64,000 nt of DNA from Octopus vulgaris (lineage: Eukaryota). Made by a program: the position numbers and the translations under genes. Below are positions 52,451-64,000 of the stretch, piece after piece. Position 1 is the stretch's first letter. Every line of letters starts with the position of its first letter. The notes under the pieces were generated by a model. The model was given only the letters and a program-made list of their open reading frames with translations, made no database searches and was not told where the DNA came from. The stretch is from assembly GCA_951406725.2 (NCBI GenBank), contig OX597843.1, forward strand, positions 18,724,001 through 18,788,000. Direction: 5' to 3'.

Positions 52451-55400
52451 CGCAATTCAAAAAACGCTGTTGCTACTGCGAAAGGAAGAGCCTCCGAGAC
52501 TGCTGAACAACGGGCACTCCAAAACGGAACGCTGCTGCTACTGCCAAAGCAAGGCCTCCAAGACTGCTGCTCCGTACACAAAACGCTGCCAAAGCCAATG
52601 CGAGAGCCTCCGAGACTGCTGAACAACGGGCAATCCGCAATACACAGAACGCTGCTGCTACTGCCAATGAGACAGCCTCCGAGACTGCTGAACAACGGGC
52701 ACTCCGTAATACACAGAACGCTGCTGCTACTGCCAATGCTAGAGCCTCCGAGACTGCTGAACAATGGGCACTCCGCAATACACAGAACGCTGCTGCTACT
52801 GCCAATGCGAGAGCCTCCGAGACTGCTGAACAACGGGCACTCCGCAATACACAGAACGCTGCTGCTACTGCCAAAGCAAGAGCCTCCGAGACTGCTGAAC
52901 AATGGGAACTCCGCAATACACAGAACAATGCTGCTACTGCCAATGCGAGAGCCTCCGAGACTGCTGAACAACGGGCACTCCGCAATACACAGAACGCTGC
53001 TGCTACTGCCAATGCGAGAGCCTCCGAGACTGCTGAACAACGGGCACTCCGCAATACACAGAACGCTGCTGCTACTGCCAATGCGAGAGCCTCCGAGACT
53101 GCTAAACAACGGACACTCCTCGATACACAGAACGCTGCTGCTACTGCCAATGCGAGAGCCTCCGAGACTGCTGAACAACGGACACTCCTCGATACACAGA
53201 ACGCGGCTGCTACTGCCAATGCGAGAGCCTCCGAGACTGCTGAACAACGGGCACTCCGCAATACAGAGAACGCTGCTGCTACTGCCAATGCGAGAGCCTC
53301 CGAGACTGCTGAACAATGGGCACTCTGCAATACACAGAACGCTGCTGCTACTGCCAATGCGAGAGCCTCCGAGACTGCTGAACAACGGGCACTCCGCAAT
53401 ACACAGAACGCTGCTGCTACTGCCAATGCGAGAGCCTCCGAGACTGCTGAACAACGGGCACTCCGCGATACACAGAACGCGGCTGCTACTGCCAATGCGA
53501 GAGCCTCCGAGACTGTTGAACAACGGGCACTCCGCAATACACAGAACGCGGCTGCTACTGCCAATGCGAGAGCCTCCGAGACTGCTGAACAACGGGCACT
53601 CCTCGATACACAGAACGCGGCTGCTACTGCCAATGCGAGAGCCTCCGAGACTGCTGAACAACGGGCACTCCGCAATACACAGAACGCGGCTGCTACTGCC
53701 AATGCGAGAGCCTCCGAGACTGCTGAACAACGGGCACTCCGCAATACACAGAACGCTGCTGCTACTGCCAATGCGAGAGCCTCCGAGACTGCTGAACAAC
53801 GGGCACTCCGCAATACACAGAACGCGGCTGCTACTGCCAATGCGAGAGCCTCCGAGACTGCTGAACAACGGGCACTCCGCAATACACAGAACGCGGCTGC
53901 TACTGCCAATGCGAGAGCCTCCGAGACTGCTGAACAACGGGCACTCCGCAATACACAGAACGCGGCTGCTACTGCCAATGCGAGAGCCTCCGAGACTGCT
54001 GAACAACGGGCACTCCGCAATACACAGAACGCTGCTGCTACTGCCAATGCGAGAGCCTCCGAGACTGCTGAACAACGGGCACTCCGCAATACACAGAACG
54101 CGGCTGCTACTGCCAATGCGAGAGCCTCCGAGACTGCTGAACAACGGGCACTCCGCAATACACAGAACGCGGCTGCTACTGCCAATGCGAGAGCCTCCGA
54201 GACTGCTGAACAACGGGCACTCCGCAATACACAGAACGCTGCTGCTACTGCCAATGCGAGAGCCTCCGAGACTGCTGAACAACGGGCACTCCGCAATACA
54301 CAGAACGCTGCTGCTACTGCCAATGCGAGAGCCTCCGAGACTGCTGAACAACGGGCACTCCGCAATACACAGAACGCTGCTGCTACTGCCAATGCGAGAG
54401 CCTCCGAGACTGCTGAACAACGGGCACTCCGCAATACACAGAACGCTGCTGCTACTGCCAATGCGAGAGCCTCCGAGACTGCTGAACAACGGGCACTCCG
54501 CAATACACAGAACGCTGCTGCTACTGCCAATGCGAGAGCCTCCGAGACTGCTGAACAACGGGCACTCCGCAATACACAGAACGCTGCTGCTACTGCCAAT
54601 GCGAGAGCCTCCGAGACTGCTGAACAACGGCACTCCGCAATACACAGAACGCTGCTGCTACTGCCAATGCGAGAGCCTCCGAGACTGCTGAACAACGGTA
54701 ACTCCGCAATACACAGAACGCTGCTGCTACTGCCAATGCGAGAGCCTCCGAGACTGCTGAACAACGGGCACTCCGCAATACACAGAACGCTGCTGCTACT
54801 GCCAATGCGAGAGCCTCCGAGACTGCTGAACAACGGTAACTCCGCAATACACAGAACGCTGCTGCTACTGCCAATGCGAGAGCCTCCGAGACTGCTGAAC
54901 AACGGTAACTCCGCAATACACAGAACGCTGCTGCTACTGCCAATGCGAGAGCCTCCGAGACTGCTGAACAACGGGCACTCCGCAATACACAGAACGCTGC
55001 TGCTACTGCCAATGCGAGAGCCTCCGAGACTGCTGAACAACGGTAACTCCGCAATACACAGAACGCTGCTGCTACTGCCAATGCGAGAGCCTCCGAGACT
55101 GCTGAACAACGGGCACTCCGCAATACACAGAACGCTGCTGCTACTGCCAATGCGAGAGCCTCCGGAGACTGCTGAACAACGGTAACTCCGCAATACACAG
55201 AACGCTGCTGCTACTGCCAATGCGAGAGCCTCCGAGACTGCTGAACAACGGGCACTCCGCAATACACAGAACGCTGCTGCTACTGCCAATGCGAGAGCCT
55301 CCGAGACTGCTGAACAACGGTAACTCCGCAATACACAGAACGCTGCTGCTACTGCCAATGCGAGAGCCTCCGAGACTGCTGAACAACGGGCACTCCGCAA

Positions 55401-58400
55401 TACACAGAACGCTGCTGCTACTGCCAATGCGAGAGCCTCCGAGACTGCTGAACAACGGGCACTCCGCAATACACAGAACGCTGCTGCTACTGCCAATGCA
55501 AGAGCCTCCGAGACTGCTGAACAACGGGCACTCCGCAATACACAGAACACTGCTGCTACTGCCAATGCGAGAGCCTCCGAGACTGCTGAACAACGGGCAC
55601 TCCGCAATACACAGAACGCTGCTGCTACTGCCAATGCGAGAGCCTCCGAGACTGCTGAACAACGGGCACTCCGCAATACACAGAACGCTGCTGCTACTGC
55701 CAATGCGAGAGCCTCCGAGACTGCTGAACAACGGGCACTCCGCAATACACAGAACGCTGCTGCTACTGCCAATGCAGAGCCTCCGAGACTGCTGAACAAC
55801 GGGCACTCCGCAATACACAGAACGCTGCTGCTACTGCCAATGCGAGAGCCTCCGAGACTGCTGAACAACGGGCACTCCGCAATACACAGAACGCTGCTGC
55901 TACTGCCAATGCGAGAGCCTCCGAGACTGCTGAACAACGGGCACTCCGCAATACACAGAACGCTGCTGCTACTGCCAATGCGAGAGCCTCCGAGACTGCT
56001 GAACAACGGACTCCGCAATACACAGAACGCTGCTGCTACTGCCAATGCGAGAGCCTCCGAGACTGCTGAACAACGGGCACTCCGCAATACACAGAACGCT
56101 GCTGCTACTGCCAATGCGAGAGCCTCCGAGACTGCTGAACAACGGGCACTCCGCAATACACAGAACGCTGCTGCTACTGCCAATGCGAGAGCCTCCGAGA
56201 CTGCTGAACAACGGGCACCGCAATACACAGAACGCTGCTGCTACTGCCAAGCGAGAGCCTCCGAGACTGCTGAACAACGGGCACTCCGCAATACACAGAA
56301 CGCTGCTGCTACTGCCAATGCGAGAGCCTCCGAGACTGCTGAACAACGGGCACTCCGCAATACACAGAACGCTGCTGCTACTGCCAATGCGAGAGCCTCC
56401 GAGACTGCTGAACAACGGTAACTCCGCAATACACAGAACGCTGCTGCTACTGCCAATGCGAGAGCCTCCGAGACTGCTGAACAACGGGCACTCCGCAATA
56501 CACAGAACGCTGCTGCTACTGCCAATGCGAGAGCCTCCGAGACTGCTGAACAACGGTAACTCCGCAATACACAGAACGCTGCTGCTACTGCCAATGCGAG
56601 AGCCTCCGAGACTGCTGAACAACGGGCACTCCGCAATACACAGAACGCGGCTGCTACTGCCAATGCGAGAGCCTCCGAGACTGCTGAACAACGGGCACTC
56701 CGCAATACACAGAACGCTGCTGCTACTGCCAATGCGAGAGCCTCCGAGACTGCTGAACAACGGGCACTCCGCAATACACAGAACGCTGCTGCTACTGCCA
56801 ATGCGAGAGCCTCCGAGACTGCTGAACAACGGGCACTCCGCAATACACAGAACGCTGCTGCTACTGCCAATGCGAGAGCCTCCGAGACTGCTGAACAACG
56901 GGCACTCCGCAATACACAGAACGCTGCTGCTACTGCCAATGCGAGAGCCTCCGAGACTGCTGAACAACGGGCACTCCGCAATACACAGAACGCTGCTGCT
57001 ACTGCCAATGCGAGAGCCTCCGAGACTGCTGAACAACGGGCACTCCGCAATACACAGAACGCTGCTGCTACTGCCAATGCGAGAGCCTCCGAGACTGCTG
57101 AACAACGGGCACTCCGCAATACACAGAACGCTGCTGCTACTGCCAATGCGAGAGCCTCCGAGACTGCTGAACAACGGGCACTCCGCAATACACAGAACGC
57201 TGCTGCTACTGCCAATGCGAGAGCCTCCGAGACTGCTGAACAACGGGCACTCCGCAATACACAGAACGCTGCTGCTACTGCCAATGCGAGAGCCTCCGAG
57301 ACTGCTGAACAACGGGCACTCCGCAATACACAGAACGCTGCTGCTACTGCCAATGCGAGAGCCTCCGAGACTGCTGAACAACGGGCACTCCGCAATACAC
57401 AGAACGCTGCTGCTACTGCCAATGCGAGAGCCTCCGAGACTGCTGAACAACGGGCACTCCGCAATACACAGAACGCTGCTGCTACTGCCAATGCGAGAGC
57501 CTCCGAGACTGCTGAACAACGGGCACTCCGCAATACACAGAACGCTGCTGCTACTGCCAATGCGAGAGCCTCCGAGACTGCTGAACAACGGGCACTCCGC
57601 AATACACAGAACGCTGCTGCTACTGCCAATGCGAGAGCCTCCGAGACTGCTGAACAACGGGCACTCCGCAATACACAAAACGCTGCTGCTACTGCCAATG
57701 CGAGAGCCTCCGAGACTGCTGAACAACGGGCACTCCGCAATACACAGAACGCTGCTGCTACTGCCAATGCGAGAGCCTCCGAGACTGCTGAACAACGGGC
57801 ACTCCGCAATACACAGAACGCTGCTGCTACTGCCAATGCGAGAGCCTCCGAGACTGCTGAACAACGGGCACTCCGCAATACACAGAACGCTGCTGCTACT
57901 GCCAATGCGAGAGCCTCCGAGACTGCTGAACAACGGGCACTCCGCAATACACAGAACGCTGCTGCTACTGCCAATGAAAGAGCCTCCGAGACTGCTGAAC
58001 AACGGGCACTCCGCAATACACAGAACGCTGCTGCTACTGCCAAAGCGAGAGCCTCCGAGACTGCTGAACAACGGGCACTCCGCAATACACAGAACGCTGC
58101 TGCTACTGCCAAAGCAAGAGCCTCCGAGACTGCTGAACAACGGGCACTCCGCAATACACAGAACGCTACTGCTACTGCCAATGCGAGACTCTCCGAGACT
58201 GCTGAACAACGGGCACTCCGCAATACACAGAACGCGGCTGCTACTGCCAATGCGAGAGCCTCCGAGACTGCTGAACAACGGGCACTCCGCAATACACAGA
58301 ACGCTGCTGCTACTGCCAATGCGAGAACCTCCGAGACTGCTGAACAACGGGCACTCCGCAATACACAAAACGCTGCTGCTACTGCCAATGCAAGATCCTC

Positions 58401-60501
58401 CGAGACTGCTGAACAACGGGCACTCCGCAATACACAGAACGCTGCTGCTACTGCCAAAGCAAGAGCCTCCGAGACTGCTGAATAACGGGCACTCCACAAT
58501 ACACAGAACGCTGCTGCTACTGCGAAAGCAAGATCCTCCGAGACTGCTGAACAACGAGCACTCCGCAATACACAGAACGCTGCTGCTACTGCCAATGCGA
58601 GAGCCTCCGAGACTGCTGAACCACGGGCACTCCGCAATACACAGAACACTGCTGCTACTGCCAATGCGAGAGCCTCCGAGACTGCTGAACAACGGGCACT
58701 CCGCAATACACAGAACGCTGCTGCTACTGCCAATGCGAGAGCCTCCGAGACTGCTGAACAACGGGCACTCCGCAATACACAAAACGCTGCTGCTACTGCC
58801 AAAGCAAGAGCCTCCGAGACTGCTGAACAACGGGCACTCCGCAATACACAAAACGCTGCTGCTACTGCCAATGCGAGAGCCTCCGAGACTGCTGAACAAC
58901 GGGCACTCCGCAATACACAGAACGCTACTGCTACTGCCAATGCGAGAGCCTCCGAGACTGCTGAACAACGGGCACTCCGCAATACACAGAACGCTACTGC
59001 TACTGCCAATGCGAGAGCCTCCGAGACTGCTGAACAACGGGCACTCCGCAATACACAGAACGCTACTGCTACTGCCAATGCAAGATCCTCCGAGACTGCT
59101 GAACAACGGGCACTCCGCAATACACAGAACGCTGCTGCTACTACCAATGCGAGAGCCTCCGAGACTGCTGAACAACGGGCACTCCGCAATACACAGAACG
59201 CTGCTGCTACTGCCAATGCGAGAGCCTCCGAGACTGCTGAACAACGGGCACTCCGCAATACACAGAACGCTGCCGCTACTGCCAATGCGAGAGCCTCCGA
59301 GACTGCTGAACAACGGGCACTCCGCAATACACAGAACGCTGCCGCTACTGCCAATGCGAGAGCCTCCGAGACTGCTGAACAACGGGCACTCCGCAATACA
59401 CAGAACGCTACTGCTACTGCCAATGCGAGAGCCTCCGAGACTGCTGAACAACGGGCACTCCGCAATACACAGAACGCTACTGCTACTGCCAATGCGAGAG
59501 CCTCCGAGACTGCTGAACAACGGGCACTCCGCAATACACAGAACGCTGCTGCTACTGCCAATGCGAGAGCCTCCGAGACTGCTGAACAACGGGCACTCCT
59601 CGATACACAGAACGCGGCTGCTACTGCCAATGCGAGAGCCTCCGAGACTGCTGAACAACGGGCACTCCGCAATACACAGAACGCGGCTGCTACTGCCAAT
59701 GCGAGAGCCTCCGAGACTGCTGAACCACGGGCACTCCGCAATACACAGAACGCTGCTGCTAATGCCAATGCGAGGTTCTCCGAGACTGCTGAACAACGGG
59801 TACTCCGCAATACACAGAACGCTGCTGCTACTGCCAATGCGAGATCCTCCGAGACTGCTGAACAACGGGCACTCCGCAATACACAGAACTCTGCTGCTAC
59901 TGCCAAAGCAAGAGTCTCCGAGACTGCTGAACAACGGGCACTCCGCAATACACAGAACGCTGCTGCTACTGCCAATGCGAGATCCTCCGAGACTGCTGAA
60001 CAACGGGCACTCCGCAATACACAAAACGCTGCTGCTACTGCCAATGCGAGAGCCTCCGAGACTGCTGAACAACGGGCACTCCGCAATACACAGAACGCTG
60101 CTGCTACTGCCAATGCGAGAGCCTCCGAGACTGCTGAACAACGGGCACTCCACAATACACAAAACGCTTCTGCTACTGCCAATGCGAGAGCCTCCGAGAC
60201 TGCTGAACAACGGGCACTCCTCAATACACAGAACGCTGCTGCTAGTGCCAAAGCAAGAGCCTCCTAGACTGCTGAACAACGGGCACTCCTCGATACACAG
60301 AACGCTGCTGCTACTGCCAATGCGAGAGCCTCCGAGACTGCTGAACAATGGGCACTCCGCAATACACAGAACGCGGCTGCTACTGCCAATGCGAGATCCT
60401 CCGAGACTGCTGAACAACGGGCATTCCGCAATACACAGAACGCTGCCGCTACTGCCAATGCGAGAGTCTCCGAGACTGCCGAACACCGGGCACTCCGCAA
60501 T
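52451..60501 (+). repeat. ~116-copy 69-bp tandem array encoding 23-aa STPR-like repeats (ARASETAEQRALRNTQNAAATAN)
   Basis: Unit GCGAGAGCCTCCGAGACTGCTGAACAACGGGCACTCCGCAATACACAGAACGCTGCTGCTACTGCCAAT, 58% GC with 5 CpG per unit. Copy number estimated as length/69. Confidence 0.95.
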
Positions 60502-60502
60502 T

Positions 60503-61090
60503 AAAAAAACTTTCAGCATTGGCAAAAATTCAGAGGAAGCTGAAGTTCTTAGACAGTGCCGTCTCATTGTATGGAATGAATGCACAATGGCCAATAAGGG
60601 TGCCCTTGAAGCACTGGACCGGTCACTGAAAGATATAAGGAATTCTACAGCTTTTATGCTTTCAGGAGATTTCCGGCAAACCCTTCTTGTCATCCCTAAA
60701 GGGTGCAGGGCTGATGAATTGCGAGCATGCCTTAAGTCATTCACGTTGTGACCCCAGGTTAAGACGTTAAGCCTAAGCACAAACATGCGTGTGCACTTGC
60801 TTGGTGATAGCACGTCTGCGGCATTTGCTGAAAACATTTTAACCCTTGGGGAAGGCAAGGTCCCTAGGAATGATAGAGGTGACATATCCATCTCTGAACT
60901 GTGCAACACCGTGGACATCCCTTCCGATCTTTTGGAAACAGTGGTCCTCAATTTGGAAAGTAATTATGCAGACATCAATTGGCTCAGTAAAAGAACCATC
61001 CTGGCCCCTAAAAAGGTAACTTTCAGTGCTATCAACGACCAGCTCCTAAGTCGAATTCCGGGTGAAGAGGGCATCTACAAATCGATTGTT
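60503..61090 (+). pseudogene. Helitron Pif1-like helicase internal fragment
   Basis: AEVLRQCRLIVWNECTMANKGALEALDRSLKDIR..SGDFRQTLLVIPKGCRADE, NMRVHL..FAENILTLGEG, WLSKRTILAPK. Walker A and the C-terminus are missing. Confidence 0.9.
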
Positions 61091-61879
61091 CTCGGTTAAG
61101 CCCTATTTGGGGCGAAAAATCAATAAACTGATAAACCGATTCCTTATAGGATTTCCCACTGAAATTGGCTACACCCCATTTTCAACTATAACTTATGCCA
61201 ATTTTGACATATTTTTTTCAAAATTGATGCCAACATTACCTAGGACTCATGGGATCTTTGAATGCTTTAAGTTCTCAAAAAAAAAATACAGTCGATGAGT
61301 GGAAATAATCAATAAACCAATTCCTTATAGGATCTCCTAATTAATTTGCCTGCAACCCATTTTCAACGAAACGTTCACCAATTTCAACGGATTTCGCTCA
61401 AATTTGATGTCGGTGCAACTTATTTTGGTTTGAAATAAAGCGCTCGATCACTTAATAATCCTAACGTAATCCCGGGCAACGCCGGGCTATACTGCTAGTA
61501 CCAATTACCCCTGAACATCAAAAACACTGACCTACATACACAAACACACATACATACAGAGATAAACACAACTCTACACATTCACACGCAGTAACCATAC
61601 TTAGTGGATCTTCTATAAAATTAATGAACCGTAAATTTTGTGTACTGTAAAAATGTGTTGCCCCTAAACCCAGTTGGGCTGCTAAACCCGATGGGTCCCC
61701 ACAAGCAACTGTATTGTAACGAATGATTTCTTTTTTATGCATCTCGGTTTTAGAAGCGTTCATACAAATTCTTCATCAAATATGCTTTGATGATTTCATT
61801 TTACTAAATTTTTTATCCAAAACGAGAGCAAAGAATGAAGATAGATTTCCATGAAAATAATGTTCCTTCACATTCCTTC

Positions 61880-61881
61880 AT

Positions 61882-61935
<54 letters not shown>

Positions 61936-62045
61936 CACCACCACCACCATCACCACCACCAGCACCACCACTGCTGCTGTTGCTGCTACTACTACTACTA
62001 CTACTAATACTACTGTTGCTGCTGCTACTGCTGCTATTGTTATTA
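61880..62045. repeat. Compound (CTA)n/(CCA)n/(CTG)n microsatellite
   Basis: Seen directly. Confidence 0.92.
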
Positions 62046-62227
62046 TTGTGACGGTGAACTGGAAGAATCGTTATTACGTCGAACGAAATGTTTAATCGCA
62101 TTTCTTCCGACTTTGTACGTTCCAAATTCAAGTTATACTAATACATCTGTTTGATTTCTACACCACCTGTCTTCGTCTTTTGTTTTTTTTTCGTGAATTC
62201 TCCCTGTACATATATATATATATATAT

Positions 62228-64000
62228 AAAATCAAAAATGAGCAACAAGAATGGATCCGGTAATTTAGCACAATTGTTTCATACTATAAAAATTTATTAA
62301 AGCTGCAAATATTACAGCAAATATAATATGTCAAGTAATCTTCAGCTAATTTCGTATAGGTTTTCCAATAATGTAAAGGTCTCAAATCAATTAGTAACAT
62401 CCTAGAGAGTGTAAGTATACCGATAAAGTTGTAGATATGAGTTTCAGGAACTTGAAGTAGGATACCAGGCAAACCAAGATTAAGTTCATATATGTTTTCC
62501 AACAATGTAAAGTTCTCAAATCAATTAGTAACATCCCAGAGAAGGTAAATATACCGATAAAGTTGTGGATATGAATTTCAGGAAACATGAAGAAGGATGC
62601 CAGTCAGAGCAAGATTAAGTTCACATCTAACTGTTGCAAGAAAAAAATTCCTTTAGTTATAAGAATGGTAGTAGGGGAGGTTGAGGAAGCAGATTAGCTG
62701 GAGAAAAGAACAGAAGGGGAAAAAATTGGGTGATGTAAAAGGATAAAGACAGATTGACACTAGAAAGAAGGGTCAGTCTATTTCTATGGTGACAGAAAAT
62801 TTAGGTCAGTGTGGGAGGAACATTAAATTCTTAAGAGACTGTGAGGTTGACCAAACCTTGCTTTCAAATGAAAGCCATCAGAATTTATAGTAGGAGTTAG
62901 GAGAAAGGGAGGTATAAGGAAAGCTATTAGAGGGTCTTAGGTTATCGGCAGAGAAAGAAACAGTAAGAAAATCAAGTTAACACTAGAATAGAAGGCTATT
63001 TATTTTTATTTTTTATTTTATTTTATGGTGAGAAAGAATCTAGGTTACTATCTAGAGGTCAATTAAATTCTATAGCAAATGGTATGGGAACAGTACCTAT
63101 TCAAATTTATAGTGAAAATCAAATTATAACTGGAGGAATAGTATTACATGTTATTTAGAATAGAATTGGGAAAATGTGCAAATCTATGATTAAAGTAAGG
63201 TTAATTTAGTTGACTATAAAGTCAATTAAAAGTTGGCATAGTATGTTTTCTATTTATTATTATATTAAAAAGATACAGTTAGAAAACAATAGGAACACCT
63301 TCAAATTTCTATTTCAAATATTTTAAAGTTCTGATTTTTGAATGAATGCAAGACCGACCTAACTCTAGACGATTATTTAGTAGATTTTTATTTTTTCTAT
63401 ACTTTATAATCTCGTAGGTCTCCATAGAACAGAGTTTACAGCCTACTCAATTATTTCTGTAAGGTATTGCCCTTCTAACTATTTCTCATTTTAGGTTATA
63501 TTTAATATTATTAGTTTTGAGTTCCCAAATTTTGCTAGATAGTGTAGTGCAATCTGCCTTATGATCTAGTCGGAAAGAGGAAAGAGGATTGTTAATTCTC
63601 TGTTTAAAATTAATAGAACAACCGATGTAAAAAAAGTTACTATTAGAAGTTATTATAGTACATTTATAGATTACATTTTGGACTGAACATCGACCAGATG
63701 CCGGACAATTTGATCTAATCCTACAATTGCAAGTGGGGGATAATTTTCAGGTTTGGAATTATTTAAGGACAGTTCTCTCACATTGCTGTTATTCAAATTA
63801 TTATAAATATTATTTTCATTATTATAGGTAAAATTATGTTATCCAAAGTGGGGTTACTATTTATTGATCCATTCACACTATCTTTCACATCTAACATAAC
63901 AATACCTCTATTACCTACATTATTGATATTGCTGTTATTATTATTTGTATTTATATCAAAGTTATTATTACTGCTATAGATATTATTGCTATCATCATTT
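62228..64000 (-). mobile_element. Penelope-like element 3' part (GIY-YIG plus pLTR), paralog of 13690-15430; runs off the window
   Basis: Collinear with 13816-15400 (gaccgacctaactctagacgattatttagtagatt; gaccagatgccggacaattt). Hammerhead motif at 62263-62352 with a GUG triplet. Confidence 0.88.

Larger units (their letters stand above)
50864..61498 (+). mobile_element. Helitron D, non-autonomous, both ends recognisable, containing a giant coding-derived tandem array
   Basis: 5' A|TCTGTATCTATAAATG followed by (TG)n. 3' hairpin cccgg-gcaacg-ccggg (61471-61486), then CTAG|T at 61495-61499. RepHel N-terminus and helicase remnants inside. Confidence 0.85.

Noticed and set aside
52451-60501. CRISPR-like or TALE-like programmable array
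   Set aside because: There are no unique spacers, the context is eukaryotic, and no hypervariable residue positions are visible; units are near-identical with scattered variants.
56045-60751. 1568-aa ORF (MREPPRLLNNGHSAIHRTLLLLP)n fused in frame to the helicase remnant
   Set aside because: This is an off-frame reading of the 69-bp unit. Several recurrent variants that are silent in the ARASETAEQ frame change residues here, and the Helitron leader matches the other frame. In-frame fusion at a deletion junction has a 1-in-3 chance.
52354-60951. Giant minus-strand ORFs (763, 1251, 1336, 1660 aa) resembling Cys/Ser- or Ala-rich repeat proteins
   Set aside because: The unit is a multiple of 3 and stop-free in four of six frames, so long ORFs arise automatically. 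They are antisense to recognisable Helitron coding sequence.

Overview
AT-rich animal genomic DNA. The SINE families, microsatellite load and transposon mix suggest an octopus/cephalopod, which is an inference. Almost the whole window is nested, decayed transposable elements: at least five Helitron pieces, a Mag-like Gypsy LTR element inserted into one of them with an intact 4-bp target-site duplication (TSD), a solo LTR, RTE, R4-like and CR1/Jockey-like LINE fragments, three Penelope-like elements plus Penelope-type hammerhead-ribozyme motifs, mariner and hAT remnants, and tRNA-derived SINEs. The only host-gene signal is a minus-strand exon (50454-50664) encoding a signal peptide and an LRR N-terminal cap. 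The standout feature is a 10.6-kb Helitron (50864-61498) with both termini recognisable. Its N-terminal 23-aa STPR-type repeat (ARASETAEQRALRNTQNAAATAN) has expanded into an ~8-kb array of ~116 x 69-bp units, while its Rep domain is deleted. The very long ORFs in the supplied track over this array are off-frame or antisense readings of that repeat. Coordinates of degenerate elements are approximate and were read by eye.
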